This document shows positions 28,843 to 38,307 of a stretch of DNA of 64,000 bases, one piece after another. Every line of letters starts with the position of its first letter. Positions within the stretch are counted from its first letter, which is position 1. A program made the position numbers and the translations under genes. The stretch spans positions 11,110 to 75,109 of the forward strand of contig JBBRSB010000005.1 in NCBI GenBank assembly GCA_038245785.1, in the 5' to 3' direction. This DNA is from Gloeobacterales cyanobacterium (GTDB taxonomy: Bacteria > Cyanobacteriota > Cyanobacteriia > Gloeobacterales > PMM-0068). The notes under the pieces were generated by a model that was not told the DNA's origin, did not search any database, and saw nothing but the letters and a program-made list of their open reading frames with translations.

Positions 28843-30630
28843 GTGCGCTACCTAGGAATCATTCAGCGCAAAAGCAAAACTTTTCTGGGCCAGCAGGAGC
28901 TTTATCTGCTAGCGAAAGAAGAGGGCGACTATGTTTGGAAAGCGACGCAAGGTCAGCTTTCTTCAGACCAGCTAAGCCGATTTGGACCCGGTGCGATGGT
29001 GATTGCAGAAATCACGCAAGGGAAACAACTCCAGCGGGTAGAAGATGCAGCGCCTCATCTCGTAGCGATTCTTCAAGGATTTGTACGCTTTACGGACAAT
29101 TTGCGGAATCAGTCCAGTGAGATAGATCTTTGGCGCAATGCTCTAGATCTTCAAGCGAAGGCGGTTTCAGACCGTGAGCAAGAGTTGATGGATTGGGAAA
29201 ATCGTCTGGCGCTATTTCAGCAAGAATTGGGCATTCAGCAGAGTCCCTCAGGCGGAATAGTCGGTGCTAGTGAAGCAGGTTCCCAGCAAAACGAAGCCGA
29301 ATTCATCAAGTTGCGTTCTGTCTTAGACAACAAAGAGCAGCAACTCATAGCTATGCATGGTGAGCTTGACCAACTCAGAAGCAAAATCCAAGGACAAGAA
29401 GAACTAGGTCAGCTCCTTCAAACTTCCAATGCGGATCTACAAAAGGAGTTAGAGCAAGCCCATGAGCGCTATGAGCAATTGACTTGGGCCAATCAAAATC
29501 AGCAGGCTGACCGTTCTGTCTCTGTGGATAACACCTTAGTAGTCTCTCTGCAGGAAGTTCTACAAGCCCAACAGCTACATCATCAAGAAAATGATCAAAA
29601 TTTCAATGCCCTGCTGCAAGACCTGGATACCACACTCGACAAGCTCCGGATGCAAGCGCAGCAATTGGCGGAGAGCCAGCAGGCGCATCAAGCTGAAACG
29701 CTAAATTTAGCAGAGCTCTATCGACACCTCCAATCCCAAAATCAAGAAGCTCTTGCCCAAAGTCTGCAGTGGGAACAGACCGAGGGTGTGTTTCAAGCCT
29801 ATAGTCAGCACTATCAGAAGTATCAAAAGTTCCTCGCGAGTCTTGAGGACCTCTATACCCAGCAGCGTCAGGCTTCTGCCCTGTTAGAAGAGCAAGTAGG
29901 ACCTGCAGGGGTCACCGAAGCGCTTTCTCCAGAATTAGAGAAAAAACGTCAAGAGCTTCGTCGTTCTGCTCAACAGGTCCAAGACCAAGAGTATGAACTG
30001 CTAGAGATAGAGCAGCATGTCCAAAGTTTGCAAGACCGTTTAGAAAAGATGAAGAAGGAAGGCGCTTCCGAGGACGATATTGAGGAAGTCGTAGATGATT
30101 TGGACTTCCAGCAGCAGCGCTGTCAGATTCTAAAAGAAGGCCTTGCACCCCAGCAACAACGGTTAAAACAATCGGAAGAAGAGCTACAGCAGCAAATCAA
30201 TGCCTTCCGGCAAAGCTCGGGTGCAGGCTCGTCTTCAATTCCAGTGCCCGAGGTACTAGAGCCCCTGGTCCATCAGATGGCAGAACGGGTCCAGCAACTT
30301 GCTCAATATCTGAAAACTCAAGAAGAAGAGCTATCTTCTTGGTGGCAGCAGGTTCAGGAGCAACTGCAGCAGCATCAGCAGCAAAAAAGTCTATGGCAAG
30401 AATTGACGGACCACCTAACAGCCCAAGAAGCGTCCTATCAGCTTCAGTGGTCTGCATATCAAGACCAGCAACAAAAGCTCCAAGAACAGATCCAGGTTAT
30501 TCAGCACACTCAAGAAGTATTGCTTCAACAACGGAATGATTTGGTTACTTTGCAGGGGAGCCTGAATGGCCATTTAGAGCAACCTTTGCAGATGCTTCAA
30601 GATCTACTAGAGGGCGAAGTTAAAAACTAA
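28843..30630 (+). CDS. hmpF: Gln/Glu-rich coiled-coil protein, HmpF-like by position and architecture
   Basis: 595 aa. A short globular N-terminus (MRYLGIIQRKSKTFLGQQELYLLAKEE) is followed by about 500 aa of heptad-rich Q/E/L sequence. The gene is divergently transcribed from pilG, as hmpF is from the hmp operon in Nostoc. Confidence 0.5.
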   Translation: MRYLGIIQRKSKTFLGQQELYLLAKEEGDYVWKATQGQLSSDQLSRFGPGAMVIAEITQGKQLQRVEDAAPHLVAILQGFVRFTDNLRNQSSEIDLWRNALDLQAKAVSDREQELMDWENRLALFQQELGIQQSPSGGIVGASEAGSQQNEAEFIKLRSVLDNKEQQLIAMHGELDQLRSKIQGQEELGQLLQTSNADLQKELEQAHERYEQLTWANQNQQADRSVSVDNTLVVSLQEVLQAQQLHHQENDQNFNALLQDLDTTLDKLRMQAQQLAESQQAHQAETLNLAELYRHLQSQNQEALAQSLQWEQTEGVFQAYSQHYQKYQKFLASLEDLYTQQRQASALLEEQVGPAGVTEALSPELEKKRQELRRSAQQVQDQEYELLEIEQHVQSLQDRLEKMKKEGASEDDIEEVVDDLDFQQQRCQILKEGLAPQQQRLKQSEEELQQQINAFRQSSGAGSSSIPVPEVLEPLVHQMAERVQQLAQYLKTQEEELSSWWQQVQEQLQQHQQQKSLWQELTDHLTAQEASYQLQWSAYQDQQQKLQEQIQVIQHTQEVLLQQRNDLVTLQGSLNGHLEQPLQMLQDLLEGEVKN

Positions 30631-32279
30631 CGGGTCCGCGCTAAGGTCCAACCTTGAACTTGCCCCAAGGATTGGTAAACAAAGCCAACTTTGTCTAGCG
30701 CTTGGCGTGATTCTGGGGAGAGCCACAAGACTTTTGGTTCTTCGGTACTAATCACTTTCGCTGCGGTTGTTTCATTTCCTGGAGTAGGCGCATAAAAAGC
30801 GAGGGCTGCGAACTCTGTGAAACGGTCACCGTTGCCTTCAAAAACCAAATCAATCGGTTCTTGGGAATTTACTAAAGTGATTAATTTCTGCTGGCTAAAT
30901 TCTTTAAAAGCAGGACTATAGTTCCCCAGAGAAGTGGTCCCTGCCGCCAGAATCAGGGTTAGCCAGGGAGCTCCAATTACGCTGCCAGCCCAAAAAGGAA
31001 GCCACTGTCCTAACCAGCCTCGATTCATATAGCAGACCAAAGGGAACAGCCAACCGATGCCTAAAGCCGTCGCTAAAGGAAGATAGGGAAATGCACTAGG
31101 AATCAGACTGGGCGAAAGATAGAGCGCTACAACAAGACCCAGTAAAAGCAGGGCAAACAACCCAATCAAGTAGCTTAACCAAGCAATTCCCTGTTCAGGA
31201 CGTGCTACATAAGCCCCTGCATAGGTAGCACTTCTACTTTGCTCACGGGTGGTCTGCTGCCAAAGTCGGTCTAGCGCAACTCCAGCCAAAAGTGCCAAAA
31301 AAGGACAAATCTGGACTAGATAATAGGGGGTTTTTGTTTGAAAGATCTGGAGGAGTACAAGGAAAGCAAAAGGGTAGGTGAGTGGTAAAAAATTGGATTC
31401 TTTTCGCTCTTGCCAAAGCACCCAAGCGCCTGCCAACGCGAAAAGAGTCCAAGGGAATGTATTGGCTGGCAGGTTCCATAAATAGTAGAAAGGTCCTACA
31501 TGGTGAAAGTCTCGCTTGCTTAGAGAGAAGAGAATGCCGAATAGCCCATCATAGACAGCAGTTCCATAGGCTTTGCTGGCTAGCCAGTACCAGACACCAA
31601 AGAGGGCTAAACCCGCTCCAGCCCCAATATAGAGATAGGAATTTTGGAGCAGTTTATGTCGTTTGTTTTGAAAAAGGAAGTAGGGCAGCAGAGCGACAAC
31701 GGGAACTAAAGCCATAGAACTTTTGAGCAAGATACTGAGACCCAGCATCACGCCCCACCCGATAGCCACAAAACGCGTTCCAGTCTTAGGTGCTTGCAGG
31801 AGACACCAAATGCCCACTAATTCCAAGAAGGTTAAAACAACATCCTGCCCGGCTAACCGCCCATTGCTCATCCACAAATAGATGGTCGGTAATATCAAGG
31901 CTCCCAAGAAAGCCCGGCGAGCCTCAAAAAATTCTCGCCCAATAAAATAGGTCATCAAAACGCCCAGAAGGGCGGCCAGGCTGCTTGGGAAACGCGCACT
32001 CCACTCACTCACACCGAACAGGCTATAGCTGGTGGCGATCAGCCATTGATTAAGCGGGGGTTTTTCAAAATAGGGATTGCCCAAAAAAGTAGGAGCCAGC
32101 CAGTTTCCACTGAGGTACATCTCACGGGCCATCTGCGCATAGTAGCCTTCGTCAGACCCCGCCATACTCTGCTGGCCTGAGTTTACCCATAGGGTGGGTA
32201 TAGTCCAGAGGAGCAGCAGGCCACTGTACAACCAATCTAGAGCAGCAGGTGTACGGTTGGGTTCGTAGCGGACAATCAT
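30627..32279 (-). CDS. ArnT/PMT-like (GT39/GT83-type) membrane glycosyltransferase
   Basis: GSDEGYYAQMAREMYLSGNWLAPTFLGNPYFEKPPL is the typical first-loop motif, followed by more than 10 predicted TM helices. Confidence 0.75.
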   Translation of the reverse strand: MIVRYEPNRTPAALDWLYSGLLLLWTIPTLWVNSGQQSMAGSDEGYYAQMAREMYLSGNWLAPTFLGNPYFEKPPLNQWLIATSYSLFGVSEWSARFPSSLAALLGVLMTYFIGREFFEARRAFLGALILPTIYLWMSNGRLAGQDVVLTFLELVGIWCLLQAPKTGTRFVAIGWGVMLGLSILLKSSMALVPVVALLPYFLFQNKRHKLLQNSYLYIGAGAGLALFGVWYWLASKAYGTAVYDGLFGILFSLSKRDFHHVGPFYYLWNLPANTFPWTLFALAGAWVLWQERKESNFLPLTYPFAFLVLLQIFQTKTPYYLVQICPFLALLAGVALDRLWQQTTREQSRSATYAGAYVARPEQGIAWLSYLIGLFALLLLGLVVALYLSPSLIPSAFPYLPLATALGIGWLFPLVCYMNRGWLGQWLPFWAGSVIGAPWLTLILAAGTTSLGNYSPAFKEFSQQKLITLVNSQEPIDLVFEGNGDRFTEFAALAFYAPTPGNETTAAKVISTEEPKVLWLSPESRQALDKVGFVYQSLGQVQGWTLARTR

Positions 32280-32411
32280 GACGTAGCCCTGAAGATTTGA
32301 CGAAGAATTTGGTAGAAGTGAAATATTTCACCAAAGGTATTGTTTATTAGCTAGTTACTCAAGGCATCATATGTTTTATAGTTAGAGATTGTCAGAGAAC
32401 GGAGCGGATCA

Positions 32412-32702
32412 GTGCCCAATATTAAGTCGGCTATCAAACGCGTGGAAGTGGCGGAGCGTAACCGTCAGCGTAATGTGCAGTACAAGTCTACAATCAAGAC
32501 CTTAGTTAAGAAATCCTTAATAGCCGTGGATGCTTACGGACAAAATAACACACCGGAGACCCTGTCCAGCGTCAATGCAGCGATCGCAGAAGCTTATTCA
32601 AAAATTGATAAGGCTGCTGGTCATGGGGTAATGCATAAAAATACTGCTAGCCGCAAAAAAGCTCGTTTGGCTGCTGCCCTGCAAAGAGCGACCAAAGTTT
32701 AG
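32412..32702 (+). CDS. rpsT: 30S ribosomal protein S20
   Basis: MPNIKSAIKRVEVAERNRQRN...; GTG start. Confidence 0.9.
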   Translation: MPNIKSAIKRVEVAERNRQRNVQYKSTIKTLVKKSLIAVDAYGQNNTPETLSSVNAAIAEAYSKIDKAAGHGVMHKNTASRKKARLAAALQRATKV

Positions 32703-33370
32703 GTCTTGGGCAATAGGGGGACGTGGTCGCTACTCTGAGCATCCCTAAGCTCTAGATTGAAAACCTGGGCGAAGCTCTGGATGACCATGGGCTGAATTTG
32801 CTCTATGGTCACATTGGGAAGCCATTGTTGTATAGACCCTACCTCCCGGCCCGTAAGCCCACAGGGCACAATCCGCTCGAATCCCTTGAGGTCTGGACAG
32901 ACATTCAAGGCAAATCCGTGCATGCTAATCCAGCGAGAAACCTTGATCCCTAGGGCACAAACTTTACGGCCCTGGCACCAAACTCCCGTTAAACCAGCGA
33001 TTCGTTCTCCTGGTAGCCCTAGGTGCGCCAAAACTCCAAGCTGGACTTCTTCGAGCTGACGCAGATATTGATGAAGGTCTTTGCCGTGATGGGTGAGATC
33101 CAAAATCGGATAACCGATCAATTGCCCTGGGGCATGATAGGTGACTTCTCCTCCTCGTTCGATACGGTGAAGCTCTGCCTCACCTTGGGTGAATAGAACG
33201 TGGCGGGGGTCTGCTCCTTGGCCCAAGGTATAGACGGGAGGATGTTCTAAGAGCATCAAAAGGTCGGGCCGACTACGGTCTTGCACTTTCCAGGCCAAGA
33301 GCATTTTTTGCCACAGCCAGGCCGTAGTGTAGGGAACGGTTCCGAAAGAAAGAACGATGCAGTCCCTCAT
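32699..33370 (-). CDS. lipB: octanoyltransferase LipB
   Basis: LLMLLEHPPVYTLGQG, RGGEVTYHAPGQLIGYPILDL and KVCALGIKVSRWISMHGFALNV. Start set at ATG 33370, which overlaps the upstream stop (ATGA); the track start is 33412. Confidence 0.9.
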   Translation of the reverse strand: MRDCIVLSFGTVPYTTAWLWQKMLLAWKVQDRSRPDLLMLLEHPPVYTLGQGADPRHVLFTQGEAELHRIERGGEVTYHAPGQLIGYPILDLTHHGKDLHQYLRQLEEVQLGVLAHLGLPGERIAGLTGVWCQGRKVCALGIKVSRWISMHGFALNVCPDLKGFERIVPCGLTGREVGSIQQWLPNVTIEQIQPMVIQSFAQVFNLELRDAQSSDHVPLLPKT

Positions 33371-33771
33371 AGCTCTAGAGAAATAGCATCCACAGGACAA
33401 ACGGGGATGCATTGCTCACAGACAACGCAACGACTACGGGTGAACTGTAGTTGGAAGGTCTGCTTGTTGAGCGATAGGGCACCTGTGGGGCAGACGGCGG
33501 TACAAAGGCCACAGTGGACACAGGACTGTTCATCAATGGAAATTTCCTGCCCCAGTTGCGACACCTGAATGCTTTGATCTCGCATCCAGCTCAAAGAGGC
33601 TTCCATCTGGTCAATATCCCCAGAAAGCTCCACGACTAATTTTCCGACTTCATCCGGAGCCACCTGAGCTCGGAGGATATTACAGGCAATATTGAAGTCT
33701 TTAGCCAGTCGATAGGTGACGGGCATGTGCACGTTTTGAGGAGAAAAAGTCAGAATGACTCGTTTACGCAT
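33367..33771 (-). CDS. NIL-domain protein fused to a 2x[4Fe-4S] ferredoxin domain
   Basis: The N-terminal half is NIL-like (VTYRLAKDFNIACNILRAQV...GKLVVELSG). The C-terminal half carries CVHCGLCTAVCP and CVVCEQCIPVCP. Confidence 0.7.
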   Translation of the reverse strand: MRKRVILTFSPQNVHMPVTYRLAKDFNIACNILRAQVAPDEVGKLVVELSGDIDQMEASLSWMRDQSIQVSQLGQEISIDEQSCVHCGLCTAVCPTGALSLNKQTFQLQFTRSRCVVCEQCIPVCPVDAISLEL

Positions 33772-34063
33772 AGCAATCTGAGCCTGTTGGTTTGCCCTCT
33801 CCCATCATATAAGTAGCTAGGTAGAATTAAATAGAAGTCCCCCTCGAGGGGGACGGCGATAGCCGGAGGTTATCCTAGGAAACTTTTAGAATCTCAAGCT
33901 GATACTTTTACATGGTTAACCGAGGTAGATAGCAAGCCTGTCCATGGTTTTGCCTGCCCTAGCTTTGATGATGTGATGAAGCGTAGTCCTTTTGCTGAAT
34001 AGGGGTTGAACTTTATCTGCAATGTTATTACATTAGTATTACTGCTTCTTTAAGGATGCGACT

Positions 34064-34288
34064 ATGTACACGCTAAAGATTCGTCGAGTTGGAAATTCTC
34101 AAGGCATTACTCTGCCCAAAGAGCTTTTGCAAAAGTTAAATGTGCGCGAGGGGGATAGTGTATTTGTCACTGAAACTGCTGAGGGGGTTCAACTCACTGC
34201 CTATGACCCTGAGTTTGAAAAAGCGATGGCAGCTTATAGAAAAGTGAGCAGCAAGTACAAAAATGCCTTGCGTGAACTCGCTCAATGA
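34064..34288 (+). CDS. AbrB/MazE-fold antitoxin (Phd-role partner of Doc)
   Basis: MYTLKIRRVGNSQGITLPKELLQKL; overlaps the doc start by 4 nt. Confidence 0.75.
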   Translation: MYTLKIRRVGNSQGITLPKELLQKLNVREGDSVFVTETAEGVQLTAYDPEFEKAMAAYRKVSSKYKNALRELAQ

Positions 34289-34674
34289 AGGAACCTTTTT
34301 GGCTAAATGAGCGCATGGTCAGGGCCATGCATGCTGACCAAATATTACAGCATGGGGGTAGTTCAGGCATTCGAGATGAAAATTTGCTCTCGGCTAGTCT
34401 AGCTAGGCCGCGACACGTATTTACCTATGCGGATACTCCGACTTTATTCGATTTAGCGGCAGCATATGGTTACGGCTTGGCAAAAAATCATCCATTTATA
34501 GATGGGAACAAAAGGACTGCCTTTGTTGTAATGGCAGCTTTTCTGGAGTTAAATGGCTATTCTCTCAATGCTCCGGAAATGGAAGTCGTTTTAATCATGG
34601 AACGTTTAGCGACCGATCAGGAAAGTCAAGAATCATTGTCTGAATGGCTTAGGGAGAAATCAGTCCTGCTTTAA
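34285..34674 (+). CDS. doc: Doc (death-on-curing) Fic-family toxin
   Basis: Fic motif HPFIDGNKRTA. Confidence 0.85.
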   Translation: MKEPFWLNERMVRAMHADQILQHGGSSGIRDENLLSASLARPRHVFTYADTPTLFDLAAAYGYGLAKNHPFIDGNKRTAFVVMAAFLELNGYSLNAPEMEVVLIMERLATDQESQESLSEWLREKSVLL

Positions 34675-34700
34675 GTCGCTAAGATGAAACATCGAAGTTC

Positions 34701-37376
34701 TTAATCTTTTTGCAAGACAAAAGCAATAGCATCAGCTCGATTTTTAAGCTCACCATCTAATTGCTTTTCTCGGAGTGTAGCTAAGATGCTCTTAAAGGCC
34801 GGGCCTGGTTTTAAACCTAAACTCTTGAGATCATTTCCGGTGAGCAAGGGAGCTGTTTCTTTCCAGGCTTTTAGATACTGGTGAATTGTCTGACGCAAAG
34901 GTGAAGAAGCACGAGCTGCGAGCAGGAGTAGGAGTTCATAGGAAATAGCTTCCAAGTGTCCATAGACCACACTGGCTTTAGCATTTACCTTCAAGGCTTG
35001 CTCTAGCTTTTCTTCTAGAGCGAACAGCTGCTCTAAGCGTTCAAAAGATTCTCCAGAGAGATTTAATTGGCCTGCTACTTGTAGAGATTCTCTCAAAGAC
35101 AAAGTAGACAGAATCAGTTCTAAGCGCAATAGCCAGGGATGTTGGAGTCGGTTACTTTCAGGCATTTGATGTTTCAGAATAGACCACCAACGATTCATTC
35201 TATGTAGTTGGCGAATGAATGCGGGTGACTGAGTGATTCCTTCAAGCTTAGGATGAATACAGCGGAGGGCTCCCAGTACATCCAAATGTTTAAGCGCTGC
35301 CAGCCAATGCCCTGATTCCAGAATGTAGCGGACTTCTGTTTTTAAGCGATCCCCACCGACTCCATCATGGAGACCCGATTGAAGGGCATAAAGGATATGG
35401 CTCTCCGTTTGTGGCTCCAACGCGAATTGCAAACGAGTCGCAAAGCGTACGGCTCGAAAAATACGGGTTGGATCTTCGATAAAACTATTGGCATGAAGAA
35501 CACGGACTTGTTTCTTTTCAAGATCGTCCAAGCCTCCGAAGAAATCTAAGAGCACCCCTTGCTCGGGGCCATTTAAGCAGATAGCCATCGCGTTAACCGT
35601 GAAATCTCGACGATAGAGATCCTGACGAATAGAAGAAGACTCTACCTCTGGGTTGGCTGCGGGGTAAGCATAAAACTCAGTGCGGGCCGTGGCAATATCC
35701 AACATCAAACGGTCAGGCCATAGAAGCGTGGCTGTTTGATAGCGACCATAGACTTCTAGGCGAGTTTCCGGATAATCCTGTTGCAGTTGTTCGGCTAAAT
35801 GAACAGCCATACTCGAAGAAGACCCGTCTGTCGGCACTTCCCCGGTTTCGAGGTTTCCTAGCTCCACCACTACGTCTAAATCAATATTTTCGGTAGGGTG
35901 ATCCAAGAGCACATCCCGAACGGCACCGCCTACCAGATAGAGTTTCAGTTCCAGGGTATCGGCGTGCTTACCCGCTTGCGTGAGAATAGACCACACCCGT
36001 GCCGGTAACTTTTGGGCCAGGAGGTCTACATTGCGGTAAGGAGTGATCGCATAAGTGGGTTTTCGGCCGTTTCTAGAGTTTTGCAGCGTAAGATGCCGCA
36101 ATACGTCAGTGCGAGAAACAATGCCCACCAATCGGCCAGCCTGCATCACGGGTAAACGACCAATATCAAATTTGACCATCAGCTCTTCGATTTCGGACAG
36201 GGGCGTGGTGGGGGTGATCGTTCTTACCAGGCGCGGCATATATCCCTTCACCGGAGCGTGACCAAAACCGTGGTGAAGAGCGATGTCTATATCTCGACGG
36301 GTCACAATCCCTGTAAGCGCACCTGTTTCATCAACTACGGGTAAGCCCGAATGGCCATAGCGCAATAGGACCCGCTGAGCTTCCTGAATCGTGCACTCCG
36401 GGCGAACGGTTCGTACTGGGCTGGACATTAATACTTTTGCTAAAACGGGACGGGGCAGAAGTTCTAGAAGTTTCTGTTTGAGTTCCTCTAAAATTGCCTC
36501 ACTGCTACTTCCTCTGATTTGGGCTGAGGCTGCCTGGGCATGACCGCCACCGCCATAGTCACTAAACAAAACGCCAAGGTCTACCCCTTCGATACGCGAA
36601 CGCCCAATGAGACTGTTACGGACTACCTCTCGGTCTTGATGACCGGCGACGAAAAGACAGAGGTCTAGATTCTGCATATCTACTAAAGAAGAGACCAAGG
36701 CAGAAAGCCCAACCGTAAATTGGGGAAGGGTAATCGCTACGTACCCCAGACGATAGTGCCCATGAGTTTCTACGACTAATTGCTCTAAGACCTCAGGCAA
36801 AAGCAGCTGCACTTCCTCCGTCAGCCCTCCCTCCACATACTCCTGGACCACCTTGAGATTTACACCTTGGGTCATCAACCAAGCCAGGGCTAAGGCATCG
36901 CGCGAGGTACTGGCTGGGTAGGTCAAAGAGCCAGTGTCTACATGAATACCAAGCGCCATGACCGTACTTTCATTGGCGTTCACAGAAAGAGATTGGGACT
37001 GCAATTTTTCCGCGATGATCGTGCAGGTAGACCCCACAGGCTCGATCCAAGATTCAAAGGGCTTGAACGTAGCAGGCTGTCCTGGATGATGGTCGAATAG
37101 ATAAACTTTTTGGGCTTGCTGAATCCAGGCTCCACAGGCTCCAAATCGCTCTTCGTCCTGAGCATCCACCAGAATGAGCGAGCGAATTTTTTTAGGATGG
37201 ACGGCACGAGCTTCTATAAAAGGAAATTCATCTCGATAGAGCGCGAGAAACTTTTTAAGGCTGGGATGAGCCCCTCCCGTCAACACAATCTTGGCCCCAG
37301 GCCATAGCCGAGCGGCCCCCACCGCTGCGCCGAGGGTATCGAAATCTGCCGTGGTATGACAAAGAATTAGATCCAC
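34701..37376 (-). CDS. DHH/DHHA1 - tandem CBS - poly(A) polymerase/CCA-adding nucleotidyltransferase fusion protein
   Basis: DFDTLGAAVG and FDHHPG (DHH), two CBS-like repeats (VVDETGALTGIVTRRDI / LPVMQAGRLVGIVSRTDV), and the nucleotidyltransferase head LYLVGGAVRDVLL...DLDVVV. Confidence 0.8.
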   Translation of the reverse strand: MDLILCHTTADFDTLGAAVGAARLWPGAKIVLTGGAHPSLKKFLALYRDEFPFIEARAVHPKKIRSLILVDAQDEERFGACGAWIQQAQKVYLFDHHPGQPATFKPFESWIEPVGSTCTIIAEKLQSQSLSVNANESTVMALGIHVDTGSLTYPASTSRDALALAWLMTQGVNLKVVQEYVEGGLTEEVQLLLPEVLEQLVVETHGHYRLGYVAITLPQFTVGLSALVSSLVDMQNLDLCLFVAGHQDREVVRNSLIGRSRIEGVDLGVLFSDYGGGGHAQAASAQIRGSSSEAILEELKQKLLELLPRPVLAKVLMSSPVRTVRPECTIQEAQRVLLRYGHSGLPVVDETGALTGIVTRRDIDIALHHGFGHAPVKGYMPRLVRTITPTTPLSEIEELMVKFDIGRLPVMQAGRLVGIVSRTDVLRHLTLQNSRNGRKPTYAITPYRNVDLLAQKLPARVWSILTQAGKHADTLELKLYLVGGAVRDVLLDHPTENIDLDVVVELGNLETGEVPTDGSSSSMAVHLAEQLQQDYPETRLEVYGRYQTATLLWPDRLMLDIATARTEFYAYPAANPEVESSSIRQDLYRRDFTVNAMAICLNGPEQGVLLDFFGGLDDLEKKQVRVLHANSFIEDPTRIFRAVRFATRLQFALEPQTESHILYALQSGLHDGVGGDRLKTEVRYILESGHWLAALKHLDVLGALRCIHPKLEGITQSPAFIRQLHRMNRWWSILKHQMPESNRLQHPWLLRLELILSTLSLRESLQVAGQLNLSGESFERLEQLFALEEKLEQALKVNAKASVVYGHLEAISYELLLLLAARASSPLRQTIHQYLKAWKETAPLLTGNDLKSLGLKPGPAFKSILATLREKQLDGELKNRADAIAFVLQKD

Positions 37377-37502
37377 AAGATTTGTATGAGCCTCCGCTTC
37401 TATCCTAGAGCTAGAGCAGCAACCCCGGCGATATTGCCCACGAGCAAGACATCCGAATTCAACACTTGTATAGAATGGAGATTCATCGTGGAGTGAAGCT
37501 GT

Positions 37503-37727
37503 ATGTCAGACTTACTCAAGAGAATTACGGTTAACCCTAAACAGTGTGGTGGTCGCCCCTGTATCCGAGGGATGAGAATTCGAGTATCAGATGTACTAGA
37601 CCTGTTTGCTGCCGGACTTAGTGCTGAACAAATTTTGGAAGAGATGCCTGATTTGGAGGCAGATGATCTGAAAGCAGCACTTCTATATGCCTCACGTAAG
37701 CTCAATCATCCAGTGTTAGTGGCATGA
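37503..37727 (+). CDS. DUF433-family antitoxin-like protein
   Basis: CGGRPCIRGMRIRVSDVLDLFAAGLSAEQILEEMPDLEADDLKAALLYA. Confidence 0.75.
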   Translation: MSDLLKRITVNPKQCGGRPCIRGMRIRVSDVLDLFAAGLSAEQILEEMPDLEADDLKAALLYASRKLNHPVLVA

Positions 37728-38065
37728 CAATCTGGGTAGATGCTCATTTGTCCCCTGCGATTGCAACTTGGATCACTAGCACTTTTTTTGGCATAACAGC
37801 ATTGGCTTTGCGCGATCTTGGTTTGAGAGATGCTGAAGACCCTGAAATTTTTGAAAGAGCAAAAGCTCAAGATGTGATTTTCATGACTAAGGACAGTGAC
37901 TTTGTGGATTTGGTTGATCGATTTGGAGCGCCACCAAAAGTCATTTGGTTGACCTGTGGAAATACATCAAATGCTCGGCTACGGGAGATTCTGAGTACAA
38001 CGTTGTTAGCAGCACTCGAACTGTTACGAGCAGGCGAAGGATTGGTCGAGATCAGTGGAGATTAG
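37724..38065 (+). CDS. DUF5615-family PIN-like putative toxin
   Basis: MTIWVDAHLSPAIATWI...; the 4-nt overlap with the DUF433 gene is the usual pair arrangement. Confidence 0.7.
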   Translation: MTIWVDAHLSPAIATWITSTFFGITALALRDLGLRDAEDPEIFERAKAQDVIFMTKDSDFVDLVDRFGAPPKVIWLTCGNTSNARLREILSTTLLAALELLRAGEGLVEISGD

Positions 38066-38307
38066 CCTAATATGTGCCCTGAGGCAGACTACTGAAGAGG
38101 TCCTATAGAGGAAATTGAGACCTAAACCTAAAAAATTGGGCAGTAAACTTCCCGCTATCCACTGAAATTTACCGAGGTTGTCTGCCTAGTGTGCTATTCA
38201 GGTGACTAGATAAAGAAAGTCAGTCAAAAAACAGGTGGCTTACATAGTCTACATACTCACTTAGTAAAAGATTATGATTGAAGCTGTAACAACTATGAAC
38301 AAAGCTT

